A stretch of 64,000 bases of DNA from Hydrogenophilales bacterium (GTDB taxonomy: Bacteria; Pseudomonadota; Gammaproteobacteria; Burkholderiales; Thiobacillaceae), in assembly GCA_037445185.1 (NCBI GenBank), contig JBBIKZ010000001.1, forward strand, positions 27,485 through 91,484, written 5' to 3'. Position 1 is the stretch's first letter. Each line of letters opens with the position of its first letter. The notes under the pieces are model-generated. The model had not been told where the DNA came from. It saw only the letters and a list, made by a program, of their open reading frames with translations, and searched no databases. Position numbers and translations under genes: made by a program. Below, one piece after another: positions 45,937-53,563 of the stretch.

Positions 45937-47084
45937 CCGCACCGCCCCTGATCGCGCATGTCGTCTATCACTTCGGCACCGGCGGCATGGAAAACGGCGT
46001 GGTCAACCTGATCAACCACCTGCCGCCCGGTCGCTTTCGGCATGCCATCGTGAGCCTCACCGACCACACCGACTTTAGCCGCCGCATCGAGCGCGAAGAC
46101 GTGAGCTTTTACGACCTCAACAAGCGCCCGGGCCATGATGTCGGCTGGTATCGGCGCCTGAGCGCGGTCCTGCGCGCGCTCAGACCCGCCATCGTGCACA
46201 CCCGCAACCTCAACGCCCTGGAGGCGCAGTTCGTGGCGGCCTGGCTCGGGGTCAAGGGTCGCGTGCACGGCGAGCATGGCCGCGACGTCTTCGACCTCGA
46301 AGGGCGCAACTGGAAATACAACCTGCTGCGCCGTGCCGCGCGTCCCCTCGTGCACCGCTACATCGCGGTGAGCCGCGATCTGGCCGGCTGGCTCACCGAT
46401 ACCGTCAGGGTGCCTGCGCGTCGGCTCACGCAGATCTACAACGGTGTGGACAGCGCGCGCTTCCGGCCGCGGGTCGGCGAGCGGCCGACCATCGGCCCCG
46501 CCGGCTTCCTCGACGGCGCCCGTCTGGTCATCGGCAGCGCGGGGCGCATGGTGGCGGTGAAGGACTATGCCACTCTGGTGCGGGCCTTCATCCGCCTCGC
46601 CGGCATGGCGCCCGACCCGGCAGGCCTGCGTCTCGTCCTCATCGGCGACGGGCCCGATCGGGCGACCTGCCAGCAGCTGCTCGCGGACGCCGGCCTGGCG
46701 GGCCAGGCGTGGCTGGCGGGCAACCGCGACGACGTGCCGGAGCTCATGCGGGCCATGGACCTCTTCGTACTGCCCTCGCTGGGCGAAGGCATCTCCAACA
46801 CCATCCTGGAGGCCATGGCGACGGGACTGCCGGTGATCGCAACACGGGTGGGGGGGAACCCGGAACTGGTGCAGGCGGACATCACCGGTAGCCTGTTCAA
46901 GGCGGGCGATGCCGACGCCCTGGCCGGCCTGCTGCGCGAGTATGCGCAGGACGGCGCACGCCGGCAGCGCGAAGGGGCGGCGGCGCGGGCGCGGGTGGAG
47001 CGTGAGTTCGCGCTCATGCGCATGGCCGCGGCCTACCAGGCCGTCTACGAGGGCCTGCTGCAGGGTCCACCCCGGGTGCAATGA
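45933..47084 (+). CDS. GT4-type glycosyltransferase, XrtA-system associated (second)
   Basis: …HVVYHFGTGGMENGVVNLIN… and …PSLGEGISNTILEAMATGLPVIAT…. ATGA overlap with xrtA. Confidence 0.85.
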   Translation: MTAPPLIAHVVYHFGTGGMENGVVNLINHLPPGRFRHAIVSLTDHTDFSRRIEREDVSFYDLNKRPGHDVGWYRRLSAVLRALRPAIVHTRNLNALEAQFVAAWLGVKGRVHGEHGRDVFDLEGRNWKYNLLRRAARPLVHRYIAVSRDLAGWLTDTVRVPARRLTQIYNGVDSARFRPRVGERPTIGPAGFLDGARLVIGSAGRMVAVKDYATLVRAFIRLAGMAPDPAGLRLVLIGDGPDRATCQQLLADAGLAGQAWLAGNRDDVPELMRAMDLFVLPSLGEGISNTILEAMATGLPVIATRVGGNPELVQADITGSLFKAGDADALAGLLREYAQDGARRQREGAAARARVEREFALMRMAAAYQAVYEGLLQGPPRVQ

Positions 47085-47130
47085 CGACTTTCCCCGTATA
47101 CACAGACCACACCCATACGACAGGCTCCCC

Positions 47131-49038
47131 ATGTGCGGCATCACCGGTGTATTCGATCTGACCGCCCGGCGCGAGGTGGACCGCGCGACACTCGCCCGCA
47201 TCAACGACATGCAGTGGCACCGCGGCCCGGACGAGGCGGGCCTGCACCTGGAGCCGGGCCTGGGCCTGGGCCACCGGCGGCTGTCCATCATCGACATCGC
47301 CGCCGGTCAGCAACCGCTCTTCAACGAGGACGGCACGGTGGCGGTGGTGTTCAACGGCGAGATCTACAACTTCGTCGACCTCATCCCCGAGTTGACACGC
47401 CTCGGTCACCGCTTCCGCACCCGCTCCGACACCGAGGTCATCGTGCATGCCTGGGAGGAATGGGGCGAGGACTGTGTCGCGCACTTCCGCGGCATGTTCG
47501 CCTTCGCCCTGTGGGACCGCAACCGTGAGACCTTCTTCCTCGCCCGCGACCGGCTGGGGGTGAAGCCGCTCTATTACGCCGTCACCGACGACGGTTGGCT
47601 GGTGTTCGGCTCGGAGCTCAAGACGATCACCGCCTGGCCGGGTTTCCGCCGCGCGATCGACGACGAGGCGGTGGAGGACTACTTCGGCTATGGCTACGTG
47701 CCGGAGCCGCGCACCATCTACAAGACCGCGCTCAAGCTCCCCCCCGGGCACACGCTCACGCTCCGGCGCGGTGAGGCCCTGCCCGCGCCGCGCGAATACT
47801 GGGACGTGCCGTTTCGGCCGCTGCCGCCGATGCGCCTCGAGGACGCGCAGGTGGAGTTGATCGAGCGCCTGCGCGAGGCGGTCAGGATCCGCCTGGTGGC
47901 CGAGGTGCCGCTGGGCGCCTTCCTCTCCGGCGGGGTGGATTCCTCGGCGGTGGTGGCGATGATGGCGGGGCTCAGCGACCAGCCGGTGAAGACCTGTTCC
48001 ATCGCCTTTGCCGAGGCGGCCTACGACGAGTCCGCCTATGCCCGTCAGGTGGCCGAGCGCTACCGCACCGATCACCACGTCGATCGCGTCGAGGCCGACG
48101 ATTTCAGCCTGGTGGACGAACTGGCGCACCTGTACGACGAGCCTTTCGCCGACTCCTCCGCCATGCCCACCTACCGGGTCTGTCAGCTCGCGCGCCGGCA
48201 GGTCACGGTGGCGCTGTCGGGCGACGGCGGCGACGAGAACTTCGCCGGCTACCGGCGCTACCGTTGGCACGCCTATGAAGAGCGCATGCGCCGGCTGCTG
48301 CCGCTCGCCGTGCGGCGGCCGGTCTTCGGTCTGCTCGGCCGCATCTATCCCAAGGCCGACTGGGCGCCCAGGGTCTTGCGCGCCAAGACCACCTTCGAGG
48401 CCATGGCGCGCGACACGGTGGAGGGCTATTTCCACGGCGTGTCGGTGTGCAGCGACGGCCTGCGCGACCGGCTCTACAGCCGCGCCTTCAAGCAGCGCCT
48501 GAACGGCTATCGTGCGGTGCAGGTGCTGCGCCGCCACCATGCGCGCTGCGCCCACCTCGATGCGGTGAGCCAGGTGCAGTATCTGGACATGAAGACCTAT
48601 CTGGTCGGTGACATCCTCACCAAGGTCGACCGCGCCAGCATGGCCCACGCCCTGGAGGTGCGGGTGCCCTTCCTGGATCACAGACTGGTCGAGTGGGTCT
48701 CGGGCCTGCCGGTCGGCTTCAAGCTCAAGGGGACCGAGGGCAAGTACCTGCTCAAGCGGGCGCTCGAGCCCTACCTGCCGCACGACCTCATGTACCGGCG
48801 CAAGATGGGCTTTGCCGTGCCGCTCGCGGAATGGTTCCGCGGCCCGCTCTTGGAGAGGCTGCGCGCCGCGCTGCTCTCGCCGCGCATGGCCGACACGGGG
48901 CTGTTCGACATGGCGTTCATGAAACGCATGGTGGACGAGCATGCCGTGGGCGTGCGCGACTTCAGCGCCGCCCTGTGGTCGCTGCTGATGTTCGCCGCCT
49001 TCTTGGAAAACCAGGACAAAGCCGGGGCGACGCGATGA
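47131..49038 (+). CDS. asparagine synthetase (glutamine-hydrolysing) family amidotransferase, XrtA-system associated
   Basis: Starts MCGITGVFDL (Ntn Cys present); PP-loop FLSGGVDSS. Confidence 0.9.
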   Translation: MCGITGVFDLTARREVDRATLARINDMQWHRGPDEAGLHLEPGLGLGHRRLSIIDIAAGQQPLFNEDGTVAVVFNGEIYNFVDLIPELTRLGHRFRTRSDTEVIVHAWEEWGEDCVAHFRGMFAFALWDRNRETFFLARDRLGVKPLYYAVTDDGWLVFGSELKTITAWPGFRRAIDDEAVEDYFGYGYVPEPRTIYKTALKLPPGHTLTLRRGEALPAPREYWDVPFRPLPPMRLEDAQVELIERLREAVRIRLVAEVPLGAFLSGGVDSSAVVAMMAGLSDQPVKTCSIAFAEAAYDESAYARQVAERYRTDHHVDRVEADDFSLVDELAHLYDEPFADSSAMPTYRVCQLARRQVTVALSGDGGDENFAGYRRYRWHAYEERMRRLLPLAVRRPVFGLLGRIYPKADWAPRVLRAKTTFEAMARDTVEGYFHGVSVCSDGLRDRLYSRAFKQRLNGYRAVQVLRRHHARCAHLDAVSQVQYLDMKTYLVGDILTKVDRASMAHALEVRVPFLDHRLVEWVSGLPVGFKLKGTEGKYLLKRALEPYLPHDLMYRRKMGFAVPLAEWFRGPLLERLRAALLSPRMADTGLFDMAFMKRMVDEHAVGVRDFSAALWSLLMFAAFLENQDKAGATR

Positions 49039-50258
49039 GCCTCAAAATCCTGCACGTCTTCGACCACTCCCTGCCGCTGCACTCCGGCTACACCTTCCGC
49101 AGCGCCAACATCCTGCGCCAGCAGCGGCGTATGGGCTGGCAGACCTACCACCTCACCAGCCCCAAGCAGGTCAATTGCCACGTGGCGGAGGAGGAGGCCG
49201 AGGGACTGCATTTCTACCGCACCGCCCCGCCCGCGGGCCTTGCCAGTCGGCTGCCGGGGCTCAACCAGTGGGCCCTGATGCGGGCGACCGAGACCCGCCT
49301 GCTGGAGATCGCCCGCCGGCTCCGGCCGGACCTGCTGCACGCCCATTCGCCCCTGCTCAACGCCTATCCCGCCCTCGACGTCGGGCGCCGCCTCGGCATC
49401 CCGGTCGTCTATGAGATCCGCGCCTTCTGGGAGGACGCGGCGGTCGACCATGGCACCCAGCGCGAGGGGGGGCTGCGCTACCGGCTCACCCGCGCCCTGG
49501 AGACCCGCGCCGTGCGCCGGGCCGACCAGGTGGTGACCATCTGCCAGGGACTCAGAGGCGACCTCATCGCGCGCGGCACCCCCGCCGGGAAGATCGGTGT
49601 GGTGCCCAACGCGGTGGACGCCGAGGCCTTCGTGCCGGGCGCACCGCCGGACCCGGCGCTGCGCCAGCGGCTTGGCCTCGCCGGCTGCCGGGTGCTGGGT
49701 TTCATCGGCTCCTTCTATGCCTACGAGGGCCTCGACCTGCTGCTCGCCGCCCTGCCACGCATGCTCGCCCAAGCGCCCGACATACGCATCCTGCTGGTGG
49801 GCGGCGGACCGCAGGAGGCGAACCTCAAGGCCCAGGCGCAGGCGCTGGGCGTGGCGGACAAGGTCGTCTTCACCGGCCGGGTGCCGCATGCCGAGGTGAG
49901 CCGCTACTACGACCAGATCGACCTGCTCGTCTATCCCCGTCACGCCATGCGCCTGACGGAATTGGTCACCCCGCTCAAGCCGCTCGAGGCGATGGCTCAA
50001 GGACGCTTGTTCATCGCCTCGGACGTGGGCGGGCACAGGGAACTGGTGCGCGACGGCGAGACCGGCCTGCTGTTCAGGGCGGGGGATGTGGCGGCCCTCG
50101 CCCGTCGCGCCCTCGATGCGCTGAGTCTGGCCGATGGCGGCGTCGCCCTGCGCGCCGCCGGTCGCCGCTATGTCGAGCTCGAACGCAACTGGCCGCGTGT
50201 GGTCGCGCGTTACCGTGACATCTACGGCCGGGCCCTGGGGCGCAGCCTCGATGGGTAA
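49035..50258 (+). CDS. GT4-type glycosyltransferase, XrtA-system associated (third)
   Basis: MSLKILHVFDHSLPLHSGYTFRS…; ATGA overlap with the amidotransferase. Confidence 0.85.
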   Translation: MSLKILHVFDHSLPLHSGYTFRSANILRQQRRMGWQTYHLTSPKQVNCHVAEEEAEGLHFYRTAPPAGLASRLPGLNQWALMRATETRLLEIARRLRPDLLHAHSPLLNAYPALDVGRRLGIPVVYEIRAFWEDAAVDHGTQREGGLRYRLTRALETRAVRRADQVVTICQGLRGDLIARGTPAGKIGVVPNAVDAEAFVPGAPPDPALRQRLGLAGCRVLGFIGSFYAYEGLDLLLAALPRMLAQAPDIRILLVGGGPQEANLKAQAQALGVADKVVFTGRVPHAEVSRYYDQIDLLVYPRHAMRLTELVTPLKPLEAMAQGRLFIASDVGGHRELVRDGETGLLFRAGDVAALARRALDALSLADGGVALRAAGRRYVELERNWPRVVARYRDIYGRALGRSLDG

Positions 50259-50646
50259 GCCACTGGCACCCGTGCGGCCGGCCGGCCTCTGCCTCTTGAG
50301 CCTGGCGTGTATGCTCGTCGCGCCCGCCCAGGCGGACGATGGGGCACGCGAGCACTACCAGCTCTGGCTGGAACTGGCCCAGGCGCGCATCCAGGCTGCG
50401 GCGCGGCTCAAGGATGAGCATGCCGCCCTGCGCGAGCTCGATATCGCCGGCGAATACCTCGGCAAGGCGCGTGAGACCCTGCTTGCGCCCAAACGGCCAC
50501 AGCCGGGTGCCGGCGCTATTGGAGTCAAGCGAGGCGCCGGCGGCCAGGTGCAGGCCGACTGCCCGTGCGACAGTGGTCGCACCTGCACCGGCCCGCGTGG
50601 CGGGCAGTATTGCGTCACGGCGGGTGGGCGCAAGCAATACCAGTGA
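50251..50646 (+). CDS. secreted hypothetical protein with Cys-rich C-terminal motif
   Basis: 131 aa. Signal peptide …LLSLACMLVAPAQA-DD, helical middle, tail CPCDSGRTCTGPRGGQYCVTAGGRKQYQ. Overlaps the preceding stop by 8 nt. Confidence 0.5.
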   Translation: MGKPLAPVRPAGLCLLSLACMLVAPAQADDGAREHYQLWLELAQARIQAAARLKDEHAALRELDIAGEYLGKARETLLAPKRPQPGAGAIGVKRGAGGQVQADCPCDSGRTCTGPRGGQYCVTAGGRKQYQ

Positions 50647-50669
50647 GCAGACGTACCACGCGTACGGTC

Positions 50670-51146
50670 ATGACCGGCATACTCCTGGTGCTGCATCTCG
50701 CGGCGGCAGGGGCAGATGCGCGCAGTTTCCGGGGCGAGGTTGTGGACGTCCACGACGGTGACACCCTTACCCTCGCCACTGACGCCGGACAACGGTTGCG
50801 GATTCGCCTGTCGGGGATAGACGCACCAGAACTCGACCAGCCCCACGGCGAGGCGGCGCGCAGACGCCTCGCCGATCTGGCGCTGGAGCGAGCGGCGCTT
50901 GCCCGCTGCATCAGGCGCGACCGGCATGGGCGGTGGCTCTGTCGGGTGACGGTCGCGGGTGAGGATCTGGGTCTGAGTCTATTGCAATCCGGCTATGCTT
51001 GGTGGTTCAGGCGCTATGCGCATGAACAGCCGGAGGCCACCCGCAGCCGCTATGCCGCCGCCGAGGCCGAGGCCACCCGGGCGCGCCGGGGGCTGTGGCA
51101 GGATGCAGTACCCAGGCCGCCGTGGCTGTGGCGGCGCGAGCACTAG
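50670..51146 (+). CDS. secreted thermonuclease (SNase) family protein
   Basis: Signal peptide, then …VVDVHDGDTLTL…RIRLSGIDAPELDQPHGEAA…GYAWWFRRY…. Confidence 0.8.
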   Translation: MTGILLVLHLAAAGADARSFRGEVVDVHDGDTLTLATDAGQRLRIRLSGIDAPELDQPHGEAARRRLADLALERAALARCIRRDRHGRWLCRVTVAGEDLGLSLLQSGYAWWFRRYAHEQPEATRSRYAAAEAEATRARRGLWQDAVPRPPWLWRREH

Positions 51147-52954
51147 AGTCCGCGCAATGCCAGCCACTCCTCCAGGATGAGGATCACCCACAGCATCTTG
51201 CCGAAATAGGTGGCGTGCCCCTCGGCGTGTTCCTGGCGCAGGCGGTCGATGTAGGCGGGGTTGAGCAGCTCGCGGCGCTTGAAGTCGGCCAGCCGGTCAT
51301 CCAGGCGCTCGCGCAGGGGCGCATGCTCTCGCGCCCAGACCCCGAACGGCAGCCCAAAACCGTGCTTGGTCTTGTTGATGATGGCGTCCGGCAGGAAGCC
51401 CTTCAAAGCGGTCTTGAAGAACCAGCGCAGATGCTGGCCCTTGACCTTCCAGTCGGGCGGCACCTCGCCGGAAAAGGCGACCATGGCGTCGTCCAGCAGG
51501 GGGTAGCGCACCTCGATGCCCGCCGCCTGCGTCATGCCGCCCACCTTCCTCAGGTCGTTGTCCGCCAGGGTGAACTTGAGGTCCAGGTGCAGCATGCGGT
51601 TGATGTAGGAGGCGGACGCCGCGCGGTGATAGGCGTCCTCCAGCAGCCGCGACGGCTGGTGTGGGTCGATGCGGGCGAGGAAATCGGCCGTGAACATCTC
51701 GGTGAGCGGCTGCCGGTAGATGTGGTTGTAGGACTCCATGCGCTCGGGTAGCGGGATGTTGGCCTGGCGGATGTAGCTTTGCAGCTTGCGCACCGGCGGC
51801 AACCGGTCGAGCCCCGGCAGCCGCGCCAGCGGTTCGATGACGCCGCCGCGCAGCGGGCCGGGGATGTGCTGATAGGCCTCGAACACCTTCTGCTTGGCAT
51901 AGCGTGCATTGCCGCCGAAGATCTCGTCGCCGCCGTCGCCGGCGAGCATCACGCTGTAGCCGTCCGCTTGCGCCAGACGTGCGCAGAAATAGGTCGGCAC
52001 CGCCGACTCATTGGCGAAGGGCTCGTCGTACTGGCGGGCGATGACGGGGATGGCGGTGAGGATGTCCGCCGGCTCGAGGTAGTACTCGCGTGCATCCAGA
52101 CCGAAGTGCCTGGCGGCCAGACGGGCGTATTCCATCTCGTCGAAGCCTTCGGCCGCGAAGCCGATGGAATAGGTGCGCACCGGCTGCCCCGAGAGTGTCT
52201 TGTAGACACCGGCGACGGTAGAGCTGTCGGTGCCGCCGGAGAGGAAGGCCGCGGTCCGTCCCGGCTCGGCAGCGCGCGCGACACACTCGCGCAGCAGGTC
52301 ACGGAAGCGGCTCGACATCGCCGCGAAGTCGTGACGCGGCGCATCCCGATAAGCCATCCGCCAGTAGAAACCCCGCTCCACCCGCCCGCGCCGGAACCAG
52401 GCGTATTCGCCCGGCAGCAGCTTCTCCACGCCGCGGTAAAGGGTGCCCGGGGCCGGCACATCGTAGAAGTAGAAGTAGTTGAACAGTCCTTGCGGGTCGA
52501 GTTCACCGCCGACCGCGGGGTGGTTCGCAACCGTCTCCGCCCGGTCGGCGAAGACGATCCGATCGCCCCTGACCGAATAGGCGAGGCTGTGGATGCCGAC
52601 GCGGTCGATGGCCAGAAAGACCGAGTCGCTGCGCCGGTCGAGAATGGCCAGGGCGAATGGGCCCAGCACCTGGGCCGGCAGGTTGCCGCCATGCCGGTGC
52701 CACAGAGCGATCAGTTCACCTGCGCCGAGGGGGGTGCCCGCCGCCGAGCGCGGGTGGCCGGTGATGGCGGCCAGGATGCCGTCCGCCTCGGCCAGTTCCG
52801 CATGCCGCCCCGACGTGGCCAGGGCGCAGTTGGGATGGATCTTGCAGATGGACTCGGCGGCGTCGGGGCGCAGCCGGCGCATCCCGTCCAGGATGTCCCG
52901 CGCGGTGTTGGGGTCTTCCCCCTGCGGGCCGAGCCAGCCCAGCAGCTCGTGCAT
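51143..52954 (-). CDS. asparagine-synthetase-B-family protein lacking the N-terminal Cys nucleophile
   Basis: 603 aa starting MHELLGWLG (no MCG). The Ntn-like fold is retained (…GPFALAILDRRSDSVFLAIDRVGIHSLAY…) and the PP-loop FLSGGTDSS is intact. Confidence 0.8.
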   Translation of the reverse strand: MHELLGWLGPQGEDPNTARDILDGMRRLRPDAAESICKIHPNCALATSGRHAELAEADGILAAITGHPRSAAGTPLGAGELIALWHRHGGNLPAQVLGPFALAILDRRSDSVFLAIDRVGIHSLAYSVRGDRIVFADRAETVANHPAVGGELDPQGLFNYFYFYDVPAPGTLYRGVEKLLPGEYAWFRRGRVERGFYWRMAYRDAPRHDFAAMSSRFRDLLRECVARAAEPGRTAAFLSGGTDSSTVAGVYKTLSGQPVRTYSIGFAAEGFDEMEYARLAARHFGLDAREYYLEPADILTAIPVIARQYDEPFANESAVPTYFCARLAQADGYSVMLAGDGGDEIFGGNARYAKQKVFEAYQHIPGPLRGGVIEPLARLPGLDRLPPVRKLQSYIRQANIPLPERMESYNHIYRQPLTEMFTADFLARIDPHQPSRLLEDAYHRAASASYINRMLHLDLKFTLADNDLRKVGGMTQAAGIEVRYPLLDDAMVAFSGEVPPDWKVKGQHLRWFFKTALKGFLPDAIINKTKHGFGLPFGVWAREHAPLRERLDDRLADFKRRELLNPAYIDRLRQEHAEGHATYFGKMLWVILILEEWLALRGL

Positions 52955-52983
52955 GTCTCGTCTCCCGATCCGATGCGGTGGGC

Positions 52984-53463
52984 TCAGGGCCGCGCGGGCT
53001 CGGCCCGCACGGGATAGCCCGCCGCGCTGAGCAGCACCTCCCAGGCGGCGGGGTCGAAGCCTTTGTGATGCCTACCGCCCACTTTGATCACCGGCACCTC
53101 CAGGGCACCGGCGAGCCGCTTGAGTTCGACCGCGTCCTCGGGCACGTTCTGCGGGTTTTTCCGGTCGTAGGGAATATTGCGCCGGGCGAGGAAGTCGAGG
53201 GCGAGGTTACAGGGCTCGCCGCAATCGGTGACGTAGAGCGCGACCGGACTCGTCTCGCGCGCGCGCCGCAGCGCGTAGCCTTCCTTGTCGGTCTCCACCA
53301 CGTTGGCGCGCGGCTTGAGCGTCTCGACCTTGCGCGCCTTGGGCGGCGGCGGCTGGTCGGAATATTGCACCACGCCGCGCTCGTCAACCCAGCGGTACAC
53401 CTGGCCGGCCACGGCCAGCTCCATGCCCATGATCATGATCAAAAGGAAGGTGCGCCCCCCCAT
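52984..53463 (-). CDS. DUF4124 + glutaredoxin-like fusion protein
   Basis: Signal/TM, …VYRWVDERGVVQYSDQPP… (DUF4124), then …VALYVTDCGEPCNLALDFL… thioredoxin-fold module. Confidence 0.7.
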   Translation of the reverse strand: MGGRTFLLIMIMGMELAVAGQVYRWVDERGVVQYSDQPPPPKARKVETLKPRANVVETDKEGYALRRARETSPVALYVTDCGEPCNLALDFLARRNIPYDRKNPQNVPEDAVELKRLAGALEVPVIKVGGRHHKGFDPAAWEVLLSAAGYPVRAEPARP

Positions 53464-53563
53464 TGTTTCACCCTCTTGTGCCTTGGCTACGTCGGGATTC
53501 TAACAGCCCCGCTAGCTCAGGCGACAACACCGACTAGCCCGAGCCATGAACAGGAGGGTGGCG

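Noticed and set aside
34001-50258. Search for PEP-CTERM sorting-signal proteins, transposases, integrases or prophage genes flanking the EPS locus that would mark it as a genomic island.
   Set aside because: None was seen. No ORF ends in a PEP…TM…basic tail, there are no mobility genes and no tRNA at the borders, and base composition looks like the rest of the window by eye.
51143-52954. Lasso-peptide cyclase, since it is an AsnB homologue without the Cys nucleophile.
   Set aside because: There is no transglutaminase-like B protein, PqqD-like RRE, precursor peptide ORF or exporter adjacent. The neighbours are a DUF4124-glutaredoxin fusion and a convergent nuclease.
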